58,007 nt of DNA. Source: a virus. Taxonomy: Duplodnaviria > Caudoviricetes. Below the pieces are notes generated by a model. The model was not told where the DNA came from. It did no database searches and was given only the letters and a program-made list of their open reading frames with translations. Both the position numbers and the translations under genes were made by a program. The stretch spans positions 1 to 58,007 of IMG/VR virus record IMGVR_UViG_3300010370_000041, one strand, 5' to 3'. This document shows positions 48,209 through 57,832 of the stretch, piece by piece (position 1 is the first letter of the stretch; each line of letters starts with the position of its first letter).

Positions 48209-51200
48209 ATGAATTACGTACCACTACACTTACATACTCACTTTTCACTGTTCGATGGTATTGGGTTGCCATCTGAATATGTAGATCGTGCTACAAAATT
48301 GGGTATGCCTGCAATAGCGATTACAGACCATGGCTCCCTTTCTGGCCACAGAGAAATGTATCGTGTTGCTAAAGCAAGTGGTATCAAGCCTATTCTTGGC
48401 ATAGAAGGTTATATGTGTGAAGATCGCTTTGATCAAAGAGACAAGGCAGATCGCACTACTCCACTAGACATGGTTTATAACCATATAATCCTTCTAGCCA
48501 AGAATAAGGTAGGTTTAGAAAACCTAAATAAGTTAAATGAAATTGCTTGGACAGAAGGATATTATAAGAAGCCACGAATTGACTTTGAAGTACTCTCTAA
48601 GTATAAAGAGGGCATAATTGTTTCTTCTGCATGCCCAAGTGGTATTGTTGCTAAGTCGATTGAACTTGGTGAACTTGGTATGGCAAAGAAATATATTAAA
48701 TGGTTTAAAGAAGAGTTTGGCGATGACTACTATCTTGAAGTAATGCCACACAATGACTATACTATTAATCAAACAATATTACAATTAGCAGATGAGTTTA
48801 AGATTAAGCCAATAGTAACTCCAGACTGTCATCATGTTGATCCATCTCAAAAAGAAATTCAGGAGTTAAAACTTATCCTGAACACATACTCGAATAAGAT
48901 TCAGAAGGACGCTACATATGAAAAGTCCAAAAAACAAGGCGACTTGATGAAGCGTCTTGATTATTTATACGGTGCAGATAGACAAATGTCATTTAATAAG
49001 TTTGACATTCATCTTCTTTCATATGAAGAGATTCAGGCCGCTATGGAAAAGCAGGCAGTATATAGAACTGATATATATGAAAATACAGTTGAACTTGCAA
49101 ATAAGATTGAGGACTACGATATTAAGGATGGGCTAAATCTTTTACCAGTTCAATATAAAGATCCAGATAAGCAACTTAGGGAGTTGGCAATGTCTGGTTT
49201 GGCAGAGAAGGGTCTTGACACAAATCAAGAATATATTGACAGACTTGATGAAGAGTTAAAAGTAATTCAGGACAAAAAGTTTGGACCTTACTTTCTTGTT
49301 GTGCAGAGTATGATTTCTTGGGCAAAGAAAGAGGGAATCATGGTTGGTCCAGGTCGTGGATCTTCTGCTGGATCTCTACTATGCTACGCACTTGGCATTA
49401 CAGACATTGATCCAATCAAGCATGGACTTTTGTTCTTCCGATTTATTAATCCAGAGCGTAATGACTTCCCAGATATTGATACAGATATTCAAGATTCTAG
49501 GCGTGATGAAGTTAAAGATTATCTTGTTAGACAATACAAGCATGTTGCTTCTATTGCAACATTTCTAGAATTTAAAGATAAAGGTGTAGTACGAGATGTT
49601 GCTCGTGCATTAAATATTCCATTGGCAGATGTAAACAAGGTTTTGAAATTAGTAGATACTTGGGATGAGTATTGCACTTCAAAAACCACTGCATGGTTTA
49701 GAGAGAAATATCCAGAGGTAGAACAATATGGAGAACAACTTCGTGGTCGTATTAGAGGTACTGGCATACACGCTGCTGGTGTTGTCACTAGTAAAAATCC
49801 TATTTTTAGGTACGCACCGATGGAGACACGTAATTCTCCTGGTTCCGATGAGCGTATTCCTGTTGTGGCGGTGGACATGGAAGAGGCTGAAAAAATTGGA
49901 CTCATCAAGATTGACGCACTTGGACTCAAAACATTAAGTGTTATTAATGATACTATTAAAATAATTAAAGAACGAGAAGGCACTGAGATTGATTTGCTAA
50001 AGATTGATATGGAAGATCAAAAGGTATATCAGATGCTTTCTGAAGGATATACAAAGGGCGTGTTTCAATGTGAAGCAACTCCATATACAAACCTTCTTAT
50101 AAAGATGGGTGTAAAAAATCTAGCAGAGTTATCCGCTTCAAATGCTCTTGTGCGCCCAGGCGCTATGAATACCATTGGCAAAGATTATATTGAAAGAAAG
50201 CACGGTAGACAGGCAGTAAACTATCTGCATCAAACAATGAAACCATTCACAGAAGAAACATATGGGTGTATCCTATACCAAGAGCAGGTCATGCAGGCTT
50301 GCGTTCAACTTGGAGGTATGTCTTGGTCTGAGGCTGATAAGGTTCGTAAGATCATTGGTAAAAAGAAAGATGCTAGAGAGTTTGATGCGTTTCGTGATCG
50401 TTTCGTTGACGGTGCTTCTAAGTTTATTAGCCCTAATCAGGCTCGTGATTTATGGCATGACTTTGAGGCGCATGCGGGTTATTCGTTCAACAAGTCTCAT
50501 GCGGTTGCTTATTCTACGCTCTCGTATTGGACGGCATGGTTAAAGTATTATTATCCAATTGAGTTTATGTACTCATTGCTTAAAAACGAAAGGGACAAAG
50601 ATGCGAGAACTGAATATCTTATTGAAGCGAAAAGAATGGGGATTAGCATTAAACTACCTCACATTAACGATTCGGATATTGATTTTAAAATTGAGGGTAA
50701 GGGTATTCGGTTTGGATTGTCGGGGATCAAGTTTATCTCTGATAAAATTGCAGAACGATATCTATCGGCACGACCTTTTAAGTCTTTCGAGGAAGTTAAA
50801 ACCTTTACATTTACGAAAGGTAATGGAGTCAACAGCAGAGCGCTAGAGGCATTAAGAGTTATTGGTGCTGCTACATTTCCAGATAATCCAAGAAATGACA
50901 ATGAGATTCGTGAAAATCTTTATGAGTATTTAGGTTTGCCAGAGTTTACGCAAACAGTTCCTTCACATTTCCATGCCTTTATTAATCCAGTAGAGGATTT
51001 TGAAGAAAAAGGATCATTCATTCTTATGGGTATGGTCAAAGGAATTAAGCGTGGTAAAGGTTGGAGCCGTGTAGAGATATTAGATAAGACTGGAAGCATA
51101 GGGGTATTTGATGAAGAACAAACTACAATTGAGGCTGGACGAAGTTATATTGCACTCTGTTCTGATAATAGAATTGTTTCTGCTGTTCCTGTAGACGAAA

Positions 51201-51487
51201 TAAAAGGTTCTGATGCAGCACTAATTAAGTTTTTAAATTATAGAATGTTGCCATACAAAGATGAAGAGTTATTTGTGGTATCATTTAAACCAAGAGTAAC
51301 GAAAGCAGGAAAGAAAATGGCATCACTGACTCTGGCAGATACCTCCAGAGAATTACACTCTGTGACAGTATTTCCTACGGCATTTCCTAAAGCCTATATG
51401 AAAATACAAGAGGGACAAGCATATAAATTTGAATTTGGTAAGACCAAAGACGGTACCGTAATATTGGAGGATGTAAATGTCGGTTAG
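48209..51487 (+). CDS. dnaE: DNA polymerase III alpha subunit
   Basis: PHP motifs HLHTHFS and TDHG; GRGSSAGS, PDIDTD, HAAG, KIDALGL, FNKSH. Confidence 0.96.
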   Translation: MNYVPLHLHTHFSLFDGIGLPSEYVDRATKLGMPAIAITDHGSLSGHREMYRVAKASGIKPILGIEGYMCEDRFDQRDKADRTTPLDMVYNHIILLAKNKVGLENLNKLNEIAWTEGYYKKPRIDFEVLSKYKEGIIVSSACPSGIVAKSIELGELGMAKKYIKWFKEEFGDDYYLEVMPHNDYTINQTILQLADEFKIKPIVTPDCHHVDPSQKEIQELKLILNTYSNKIQKDATYEKSKKQGDLMKRLDYLYGADRQMSFNKFDIHLLSYEEIQAAMEKQAVYRTDIYENTVELANKIEDYDIKDGLNLLPVQYKDPDKQLRELAMSGLAEKGLDTNQEYIDRLDEELKVIQDKKFGPYFLVVQSMISWAKKEGIMVGPGRGSSAGSLLCYALGITDIDPIKHGLLFFRFINPERNDFPDIDTDIQDSRRDEVKDYLVRQYKHVASIATFLEFKDKGVVRDVARALNIPLADVNKVLKLVDTWDEYCTSKTTAWFREKYPEVEQYGEQLRGRIRGTGIHAAGVVTSKNPIFRYAPMETRNSPGSDERIPVVAVDMEEAEKIGLIKIDALGLKTLSVINDTIKIIKEREGTEIDLLKIDMEDQKVYQMLSEGYTKGVFQCEATPYTNLLIKMGVKNLAELSASNALVRPGAMNTIGKDYIERKHGRQAVNYLHQTMKPFTEETYGCILYQEQVMQACVQLGGMSWSEADKVRKIIGKKKDAREFDAFRDRFVDGASKFISPNQARDLWHDFEAHAGYSFNKSHAVAYSTLSYWTAWLKYYYPIEFMYSLLKNERDKDARTEYLIEAKRMGISIKLPHINDSDIDFKIEGKGIRFGLSGIKFISDKIAERYLSARPFKSFEEVKTFTFTKGNGVNSRALEALRVIGAATFPDNPRNDNEIRENLYEYLGLPEFTQTVPSHFHAFINPVEDFEEKGSFILMGMVKGIKRGKGWSRVEILDKTGSIGVFDEEQTTIEAGRSYIALCSDNRIVSAVPVDEIKGSDAALIKFLNYRMLPYKDEELFVVSFKPRVTKAGKKMASLTLADTSRELHSVTVFPTAFPKAYMKIQEGQAYKFEFGKTKDGTVILEDVNVG

Positions 51488-52490
51488 CCTTGAAGATGTA
51501 TTAGCACAATTAAATCCCAAACTACGTAAAAGTATTTTGGTTGGAGATGAAGTTCCTAAGACTGAGTATGCAGTAACACCAAGTTATGGACTTAATCGTG
51601 CACTAAATGGAGGACTGCCATACGGTAGACAGGTTTTGGTATGGGGAAGCAAGTCAAGCGCCAAGTCGTCATTATGCCTACAAACAATTGCTCTTGCACA
51701 AGCAGAAGGAAAAGTATGCGCTTGGATCGATGCAGAAATGTCATATGATAAAGATTGGGCTTCCAAGTTGGGCGTAGATACATCTAAACTAATTGTTTCT
51801 CAAGCAAGAACGATTAATGAGATGGTTGATATAGGTGTTAGTTTGATGGAGGCTGGTGTAGATATTATTGTGGTTGACTCAATTACATCTTTGCTGCCAG
51901 CCATTTATTTTGAAAAAGATTCTACAGAACTTAAGCAATTAGAAAATACTAAGCAGATAGGTGCTGAATCTCGTGACTTTAGTAACGCATGGAAGATGCT
52001 TAACTATGCAAATAATAAAGTTAAGCCAACCTTACTGCTTTTAATTAGTCAATCACGAAATAATATTAACGCAATGTATACAAGCCAGCAACCTACAGGC
52101 GGTCAGGCTACTAAGTTTTATTCATCCACAGTTGTAAAACTGTTTTCATCTGAATCAGAAAATCAAGCAATAAAGGGGAAGATATATGTTGGCGACAAGG
52201 CTATTGAAGAGAAGATTGGCAGAAAGATTAGATGGGACCTCCAGTTTTCTAAAACCAGTCCTGCTTTTCAGTCTGGTGAATATGATTTCTATTTTAGAGG
52301 CGATACTTTGGGCATTGATGGGATCGCTGATCTTGTTGACACTGCTGAATTAATGGGCATAGTAGAACGCACTGGTGCATGGTATTTATTACCAGATGGT
52401 TCTAAGGTTCAGGGTAGAGATGGATTTATTAATAAAGTAAGAGAGGATCTTGATCTACAGGATATGATTAAGAATAAACTTAGTGGATAA
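51477..52490 (+). CDS. recA: RecA-like recombinase
   Basis: LNGGLPYGR, GSKSSAKS P-loop, WIDAE, VVDS, GGQATKFYSS, GAWY. Confidence 0.9.
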   Translation: MSVSLEDVLAQLNPKLRKSILVGDEVPKTEYAVTPSYGLNRALNGGLPYGRQVLVWGSKSSAKSSLCLQTIALAQAEGKVCAWIDAEMSYDKDWASKLGVDTSKLIVSQARTINEMVDIGVSLMEAGVDIIVVDSITSLLPAIYFEKDSTELKQLENTKQIGAESRDFSNAWKMLNYANNKVKPTLLLLISQSRNNINAMYTSQQPTGGQATKFYSSTVVKLFSSESENQAIKGKIYVGDKAIEEKIGRKIRWDLQFSKTSPAFQSGEYDFYFRGDTLGIDGIADLVDTAELMGIVERTGAWYLLPDGSKVQGRDGFINKVREDLDLQDMIKNKLSG

Positions 52491-52659
52491 ATACTCAATA
52501 TATGAGGGTAAGTTTCCTTGTAAGACCTGCAAAAAAGAAGTTAAAACAATGAGAGTTTATGTGACTACTGGTATGGCTACTTGGATGTGCCCAGACAAAC
52601 ATTTATCCGAAGTTCAATTATTTAAAGTTGGATATAAGAAAGTTAAAAAACATGAGTGA
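52483..52659 (+). CDS. Small zinc-ribbon protein (58 aa; not in ORF track)
   Basis: GTG start; MDKYSIYEGKFPCKTC...WMCPDKH...; fills the gap and overlaps both neighbours. Confidence 0.7.
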   Translation: MDKYSIYEGKFPCKTCKKEVKTMRVYVTTGMATWMCPDKHLSEVQLFKVGYKKVKKHE

Positions 52660-52942
52660 GAGATCTGAAAGTAAAAGAATAGGAGCAAAGCAGCATAAGA
52701 ATTCTGGTAGAAATACTAAGAAGGGCGATGCCACTTGGGAAAACTTTACAGTGGACTTTAAGGAGAACTCAAAATCTTTTACACTAAATCACGAGGTCTG
52801 GGCAAAGGCAGTTACGGATGCCATCAGGAACGGCAACGATCCAGCGATAGTCGTGGTGTTGGGCGAGGGTAACAAGAAAATCAGACTTGCTATAATAGAG
52901 TTAGAACTACTAGAACAGATGGTGAATAATGGAACAGAATAA
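52652..52942 (+). CDS. PD-(D/E)xK nuclease, Hjc-like Holliday junction resolvase
   Basis: E...SGR...GD...VDFKE motif; ATG 52652 preferred over 52628. Confidence 0.65.
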   Translation: MSERSESKRIGAKQHKNSGRNTKKGDATWENFTVDFKENSKSFTLNHEVWAKAVTDAIRNGNDPAIVVVLGEGNKKIRLAIIELELLEQMVNNGTE

Positions 52943-53234
52943 TACAACGCTTGAAATGGTAAATGGTTTGACCGAAATAGCAGACTACATGAAGGATGAA
53001 GAGTTAACTACTGCCCTTACTTTTATTGCTAAATTAATTATTAAGCCAGATATCCCAATGAATGTTGCGACATTAGAAATAGTAAGGCTGCAGGCAATCG
53101 CAGCCAAAATGGCCTTTAGGGCAACATGGATGGCTAATGTGGATAAGTCAGATCGAGGTAAAAAGAATATTTACTACACGGCAGCAGAGTCTATTAACAG
53201 TCTTGTTTCTGCTCTTAAGTACATCATTAAGTGA
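52929..53234 (+). CDS. Hypothetical helical protein
   Basis: Coupled ORF in the recombination module. Confidence 0.6.
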   Translation: MEQNNTTLEMVNGLTEIADYMKDEELTTALTFIAKLIIKPDIPMNVATLEIVRLQAIAAKMAFRATWMANVDKSDRGKKNIYYTAAESINSLVSALKYIIK

Positions 53235-53268
53235 TATCTGCTATAATTAAGATAACAAAAGGATAATA

Positions 53269-54132
53269 ATGACAAAAAATTTACTTAAACAAGTAATGAT
53301 TAAAGAAAATAAAAATGTTAATGTCATAAACGAAGATGTTAGTTTTGCGGATGGTTTAGTAGAAAAAATCCAGGCTGGATATACTGCAAATTTAAAACCA
53401 TATTTTCATAAAAAGAAAAATTTTACAGCATCTGGATTAACATACGGTGCTGGAGAGTGTCCAAGATATTGGCATCTTAGTTTTGATGGTGCGGTAGTAC
53501 ACGATGATGCAGACGCATACGGCGTGGCTAATAGAACAAATGGAACATACGGACATCAAAGAATTCAGGATGCAATTGCAGCAACAGATTTATTGGATCC
53601 AGATATGGAATTTGATAAATTACCAAGACCGTCGTATATTAAAGAACAAACACATCCAGCAATGGAATTTAGGGTTAATGGAGATGACCCACCATTTAAT
53701 GGATATGGCGATGTTATGCTTAAACTTAACAACGAGAGAGTTGTTGGAGAAATTAAGACAATGCCAAATGAAGGATTTGAGTACAAAAAGAAAAGCGGAA
53801 AGCCTAAAAAGGCTCATCTTATGCAGTTGCTAATTTATATGAAATTCTGGAAAGTTAGTAAAGGTGTATTAATTTATGAAAATAAAAATAATCATGAGTT
53901 ATTAACTTTACCAGTAGTAGTAAACGATCATTACCGTCGGTGGGTAGACCAGGCATTTGATTGGATGCGAGAGGTATATAAGAATTGGAAAGATCAACAA
54001 CTTCCACAGAAGCCATATCGATCTAATTCTAAAATATGTAAGGCTTGTCCAATTCAAAAAGCATGTGCTGAAGCAGAGACAGGGGTAATTAAACTTAAAC
54101 CTCTGGAGTTGCTGGAAGATGAAGAGTTGTAG
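53269..54132 (+). CDS. Cas4-family PD-(D/E)xK exonuclease with Fe-S cysteines
   Basis: CPR...GTYGH...D...EIKT...QLLIY...CKACPIQKAC; promoter TGCTATAAT (53239-53247). Confidence 0.85.
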   Translation: MTKNLLKQVMIKENKNVNVINEDVSFADGLVEKIQAGYTANLKPYFHKKKNFTASGLTYGAGECPRYWHLSFDGAVVHDDADAYGVANRTNGTYGHQRIQDAIAATDLLDPDMEFDKLPRPSYIKEQTHPAMEFRVNGDDPPFNGYGDVMLKLNNERVVGEIKTMPNEGFEYKKKSGKPKKAHLMQLLIYMKFWKVSKGVLIYENKNNHELLTLPVVVNDHYRRWVDQAFDWMREVYKNWKDQQLPQKPYRSNSKICKACPIQKACAEAETGVIKLKPLELLEDEEL

Positions 54133-54415
54133 ATGGTGTGATCACACATTTGAATCTAATATATCCTATCAGATATATTGTTCAGAACAATGTAGAGAAC
54201 AAGCCACCAAAGAAAAAATTGCACAAAGATATATTCAGACTAGACGACAAAAGCGTAAGGGTAAGAATAGAATTTGTAAGCAATGCGGTGAAAAATTATC
54301 TATATATAATGATGAGCCATTATGCAACCAATGTCTAATTAATCCGTCAGATGTTAAAAAGGCTTTAAAACAAGTAAAGGGACTGTCAAATGACAAAGGC
54401 AAAAGAAACAGATAG
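54119..54415 (+). CDS. Cys-rich zinc-finger protein
   Basis: CRWC..YCSEQC..CKQC..CNQC. Confidence 0.7.
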   Translation: MKSCRWCDHTFESNISYQIYCSEQCREQATKEKIAQRYIQTRRQKRKGKNRICKQCGEKLSIYNDEPLCNQCLINPSDVKKALKQVKGLSNDKGKRNR

Positions 54416-55004
54416 ATATGTAAACGGGGTTGTGCCACATATTCCTGGTGTTATCTGTTCAATAGATGCTAGTACCAATAATCTTGCTTTTGCAATCTAT
54501 TCATATAAAAAATTAGATTGTTATGGAAAAATAACATTTGAGGGAAAAGATGTATATCAAAAAATAATTGATGCTTGTAAAAAATCAAAAGCATTATTTG
54601 ACTATTATAATTTAGTAGAGGCTATTGTTATTGAGCACACCGTTTTTATGAATTCCCCTAAAACAGCAGCAGACCTTGCCCTTATTCAGGGAGCAATACT
54701 TGGTGGTGCTGGATCTGCTGGTATTCAGATTATCGGCAAGGTATCCCCAATAACATGGCAAAATTATTTAGGAAATAAAAGACTAACCAAAGAAGAGCAA
54801 ATACAAATTAGATCTGCTAATCCTGGAAAGTCAGACTCTTGGTATAAGTCCTACGAAAGAGATTTTAGGAAACAAAGAACAATAAGATTACTTGATGTTA
54901 TTTATGATAAAAAAATAACAGACAACGATGTTGCAGATGCATGCGGAATAGGCCATTGGTCAATCAATAATTGGGATAAGGCTATTGGGGTTGACAAGGA
55001 GTAG
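54390..55004 (+). CDS. ruvC: RuvC-like Holliday junction resolvase
   Basis: SIDAS, IVIE, PITWQ, DNDVADA. Confidence 0.8.
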   Translation: MTKAKETDRYVNGVVPHIPGVICSIDASTNNLAFAIYSYKKLDCYGKITFEGKDVYQKIIDACKKSKALFDYYNLVEAIVIEHTVFMNSPKTAADLALIQGAILGGAGSAGIQIIGKVSPITWQNYLGNKRLTKEEQIQIRSANPGKSDSWYKSYERDFRKQRTIRLLDVIYDKKITDNDVADACGIGHWSINNWDKAIGVDKE

Positions 55005-55006
55005 TC

Positions 55007-55162
55007 ATGGGTGCTAAACTATATACAAATGAACTATGGCTTAAAAAGAGATATCATTTTGATAAGAAATCTCCAGAGGACATAGCAAAAGAATGTGGGG
55101 TAAGCGTGGAAACTATTTATGTGTACCTTGCTAAATTTGGATTAAGGAAGTCAAAAAGATGA
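55007..55162 (+). CDS. Small HTH DNA-binding protein (51 aa; not in ORF track)
   Basis: MGAKLYTNELWLKKRY...SPEDIAKECGVSVETIYVYLAKFGL; AAGGAG RBS; ATGA overlap with the next gene. Confidence 0.78.
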   Translation: MGAKLYTNELWLKKRYHFDKKSPEDIAKECGVSVETIYVYLAKFGLRKSKR

Positions 55163-55515
55163 AGCCAGTATTTCCAGATGTAAAAAATTTTAACTGTCAA
55201 GATTTATATTTATTAACTGTTGGCACCTCTGCTGGAAAAGAGATATGGGAATCATGCCATGAGATAGCACATATGCTAATTAAGAAAAACATAGCCTATG
55301 GCAACTCAGCACTTGAGCCTGTTCGTATTTTTAGTAAAGCAGATGCAAGGGAACAACTTCATGTCCGTATTGATGATAAGTTAAGTAGAATTATGCGTGG
55401 CACAGCCTTTGTTGGCGACAATGATATTGATGACTTGATCGGCTATCTTGTTTTGCTTAAAATAGCAAAAGCAAAAGAGTTAGGATACCAGGAGGATTAC
55501 GGACTTGTCGACTGA
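55159..55515 (+). CDS. DUF1599-like (nucleotide modification-associated, MazG-fold) protein
   Basis: KKNIAYGNS...VRIDDKLSRI...DDLIGYLVL. Confidence 0.65.
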   Translation: MKPVFPDVKNFNCQDLYLLTVGTSAGKEIWESCHEIAHMLIKKNIAYGNSALEPVRIFSKADAREQLHVRIDDKLSRIMRGTAFVGDNDIDDLIGYLVLLKIAKAKELGYQEDYGLVD

Positions 55516-56038
55516 AGAAGATTTAATTAAACATCTTGATGAGATTAATACCGTTGTAGGAGAATATCTAAAAGGTAACGACGCAACTAAAATTTCTAAA
55601 GATCTTGCTATTCCAAGAACTCGTGTAGTTCAGCATATTAATGAGTGGAAAGTCATGGCCTCTGCTAATGATGCTATTCGTGCTCGTGCAAAAGAAGCAT
55701 TAGCAGTTGCAGATACACATTATAATAAATTAATTTCAAAGTCTTATGAAGTTATAGACGAAGCCTCAATGACAAATAACTTAGGTGCAAAAACTCAGGC
55801 AATTAAACTTGTTATGGATATTGAATCTAAAAGAATTGATATGTTACAAAAGGCTGGTTTGTTAGAAAATAAAGAACTTGCAGAAGAAATGTTACAGATA
55901 GAAAAGAAACAAGAAGTTTTAATGGCAATTCTTCGTGATATCGCATCAGAATATCCTCAAGTTCGTGATGAGATTATGCGTAGACTTTCTGATATTGCTA
56001 AAAGGGATGAAGTGATCACAATTGTCCACGATGTTTGA
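55505..56038 (+). CDS. Putative terminase small subunit
   Basis: N-terminal HTH plus coiled coil, overlapping the terL start. Confidence 0.6.
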   Translation: MSTEEDLIKHLDEINTVVGEYLKGNDATKISKDLAIPRTRVVQHINEWKVMASANDAIRARAKEALAVADTHYNKLISKSYEVIDEASMTNNLGAKTQAIKLVMDIESKRIDMLQKAGLLENKELAEEMLQIEKKQEVLMAILRDIASEYPQVRDEIMRRLSDIAKRDEVITIVHDV

Positions 56039-57806
56039 TGATTTTTTGGAGGCACTCAAAGATAATAATTTTGAAGAAAATCCAGTTGATGCAAAAACAT
56101 TTGTTGAGTCTCCAGATTATTTAGGACAACCAGGATTATCTACAATTCAATATGATATTGTTGAGGCAATGAGTCAGATTTATCGTAAAGAAGATCTCCA
56201 GCATATTATGGGCGAAGAGGAAGGCGCAAAGTATTATGAAAAATACACAAAAAACGAAATTATCCTTCAACTTGGGAAGGGCAGTGGTAAGGACTTTACC
56301 TCTACTGTCGCTTGTGCTTATATTGTCTATAAGTTATTATGTCTCAAAGATCCTGCAAGATATTTCGGAAAACCAAGTGGAGATGCCATAGATTTAATAA
56401 ATGTTGCTATTAACGCACAACAGGCTAAAAATGTTTTCTTTAAAGGTTTTAAATCTAAGATTGAAAGATCACCTTGGTTTGCTGGTAAGTATGAGGCAAA
56501 GGTAGACTCAATTAGTTTTGATAAATCAATTACAGTTTATTCTGGACATTCAGAGCGTGAGTCTCACGAAGGTTTAAATCTTTTACTTGCAGTTCTTGAT
56601 GAGATCTCTGGTTTTGCTTCTGAAGTTGCAACAGGAAATGAACAGGGTAAGACTGCTGATAATATTTATAAAGCATTCCGTGGCTCTGTAGACTCTCGCT
56701 TTCCCGATCTTGGCAAGGTAGTTCTTCTTTCATTCCCACGCTATAATGGAGACTTTATTTCTGAGCGGTATGAAGCAGTAATTGCTGACAAAGAAATATT
56801 AACAAGAACACATAGATTTATTATTAATCCACTATTGCCAGAAGACGATAAGGACAATTGGTTTGAAATAACATGGGATGAAGATCATATTAAGTCATAT
56901 AAGTACCCTGGAGTATTTGCATTAAAAAGACCTACTTGGGAAGTAAACCCTACCCGTAAAGTTGATGATTTTAAAATTGCTTTTATGACAGACCTTGGAG
57001 ACGCTATGATGCGATTTGCCTGCGTACCCACATATGCGTCAGATGCATTTTTTAAACAAGCAGATAAAGTTCGTGCTTGTATGACAACTAGGAATCCCCT
57101 GGATCAATTCAGAAGATTTGAAGAAAACTTTAAGCCAGATCCAGAAAAAGTTTATTATGTGCATGCTGACCTTGCACAAAAACACGATAAGTGTGCGATA
57201 GCAATAGCGCATGTTGAGAAGTGGGTCAATGTACAAGTAATAAAAGATTATGAGCAAATATCCCCTATTGTAGTTGTTGATGCCGTAGCATGGTGGGAAC
57301 CAAAGGTGGAAGGTCCAGTTAACCTATCTGAGGTTAAACAATGGATACAAAATCTACGCAGAATTGGATTTAATATAGGACTTGTTACCTTTGACCGTTG
57401 GCAATCATTCGATATTCAGAATGAGTTACAGGCGGTAGGCATGAGAACAGAAACAGTTTCTGTAGCCAAGAAGCATTATGAAGATATGGCTATGCTTGTA
57501 TATGAACAAAGACTAGTTATGCCTGCTATCGAACTTTTATTTGAAGAATTGACCGAACTTAAAATTATGAAAAATGATAAGGTAGATCACCCCCGCAAAA
57601 AATCTAAGGACTTGGCTGATGCCGTATGCGGATCTATTTTTGGTGCTATATCCTACACACCGAGAGATCAAAACCTTGAAGTAGAGGTTCATACCTTTAG
57701 AGATAGGCCTAAAAGAGTTGACACATTGCCTGACAATGTGATACACTATAAACCTAGTCAAATAGAAGAAATTCAAGACTATTTGGATAGGCTAAAAACA
57801 ATATAA
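56022..57806 (+). CDS. terL: Terminase large subunit
   Basis: GKGSGKD Walker A, AVLDE Walker B, HADLA nuclease motif, KVDHP..SKDLADA; start at TTG 56022 or ATG 56031. Confidence 0.92.
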   Translation: MSTMFDDFLEALKDNNFEENPVDAKTFVESPDYLGQPGLSTIQYDIVEAMSQIYRKEDLQHIMGEEEGAKYYEKYTKNEIILQLGKGSGKDFTSTVACAYIVYKLLCLKDPARYFGKPSGDAIDLINVAINAQQAKNVFFKGFKSKIERSPWFAGKYEAKVDSISFDKSITVYSGHSERESHEGLNLLLAVLDEISGFASEVATGNEQGKTADNIYKAFRGSVDSRFPDLGKVVLLSFPRYNGDFISERYEAVIADKEILTRTHRFIINPLLPEDDKDNWFEITWDEDHIKSYKYPGVFALKRPTWEVNPTRKVDDFKIAFMTDLGDAMMRFACVPTYASDAFFKQADKVRACMTTRNPLDQFRRFEENFKPDPEKVYYVHADLAQKHDKCAIAIAHVEKWVNVQVIKDYEQISPIVVVDAVAWWEPKVEGPVNLSEVKQWIQNLRRIGFNIGLVTFDRWQSFDIQNELQAVGMRTETVSVAKKHYEDMAMLVYEQRLVMPAIELLFEELTELKIMKNDKVDHPRKKSKDLADAVCGSIFGAISYTPRDQNLEVEVHTFRDRPKRVDTLPDNVIHYKPSQIEEIQDYLDRLKTI

Positions 57807-57832
57807 ATCAAATGAATAATAAAAGGAGAAAA

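Noticed and set aside
48209-51487. Inteins or introns in dnaE, dnaB, nrdJ, recA or terL
   Set aside because: Lengths are normal, motifs are contiguous, and no splice-junction or homing-endonuclease signatures were seen.
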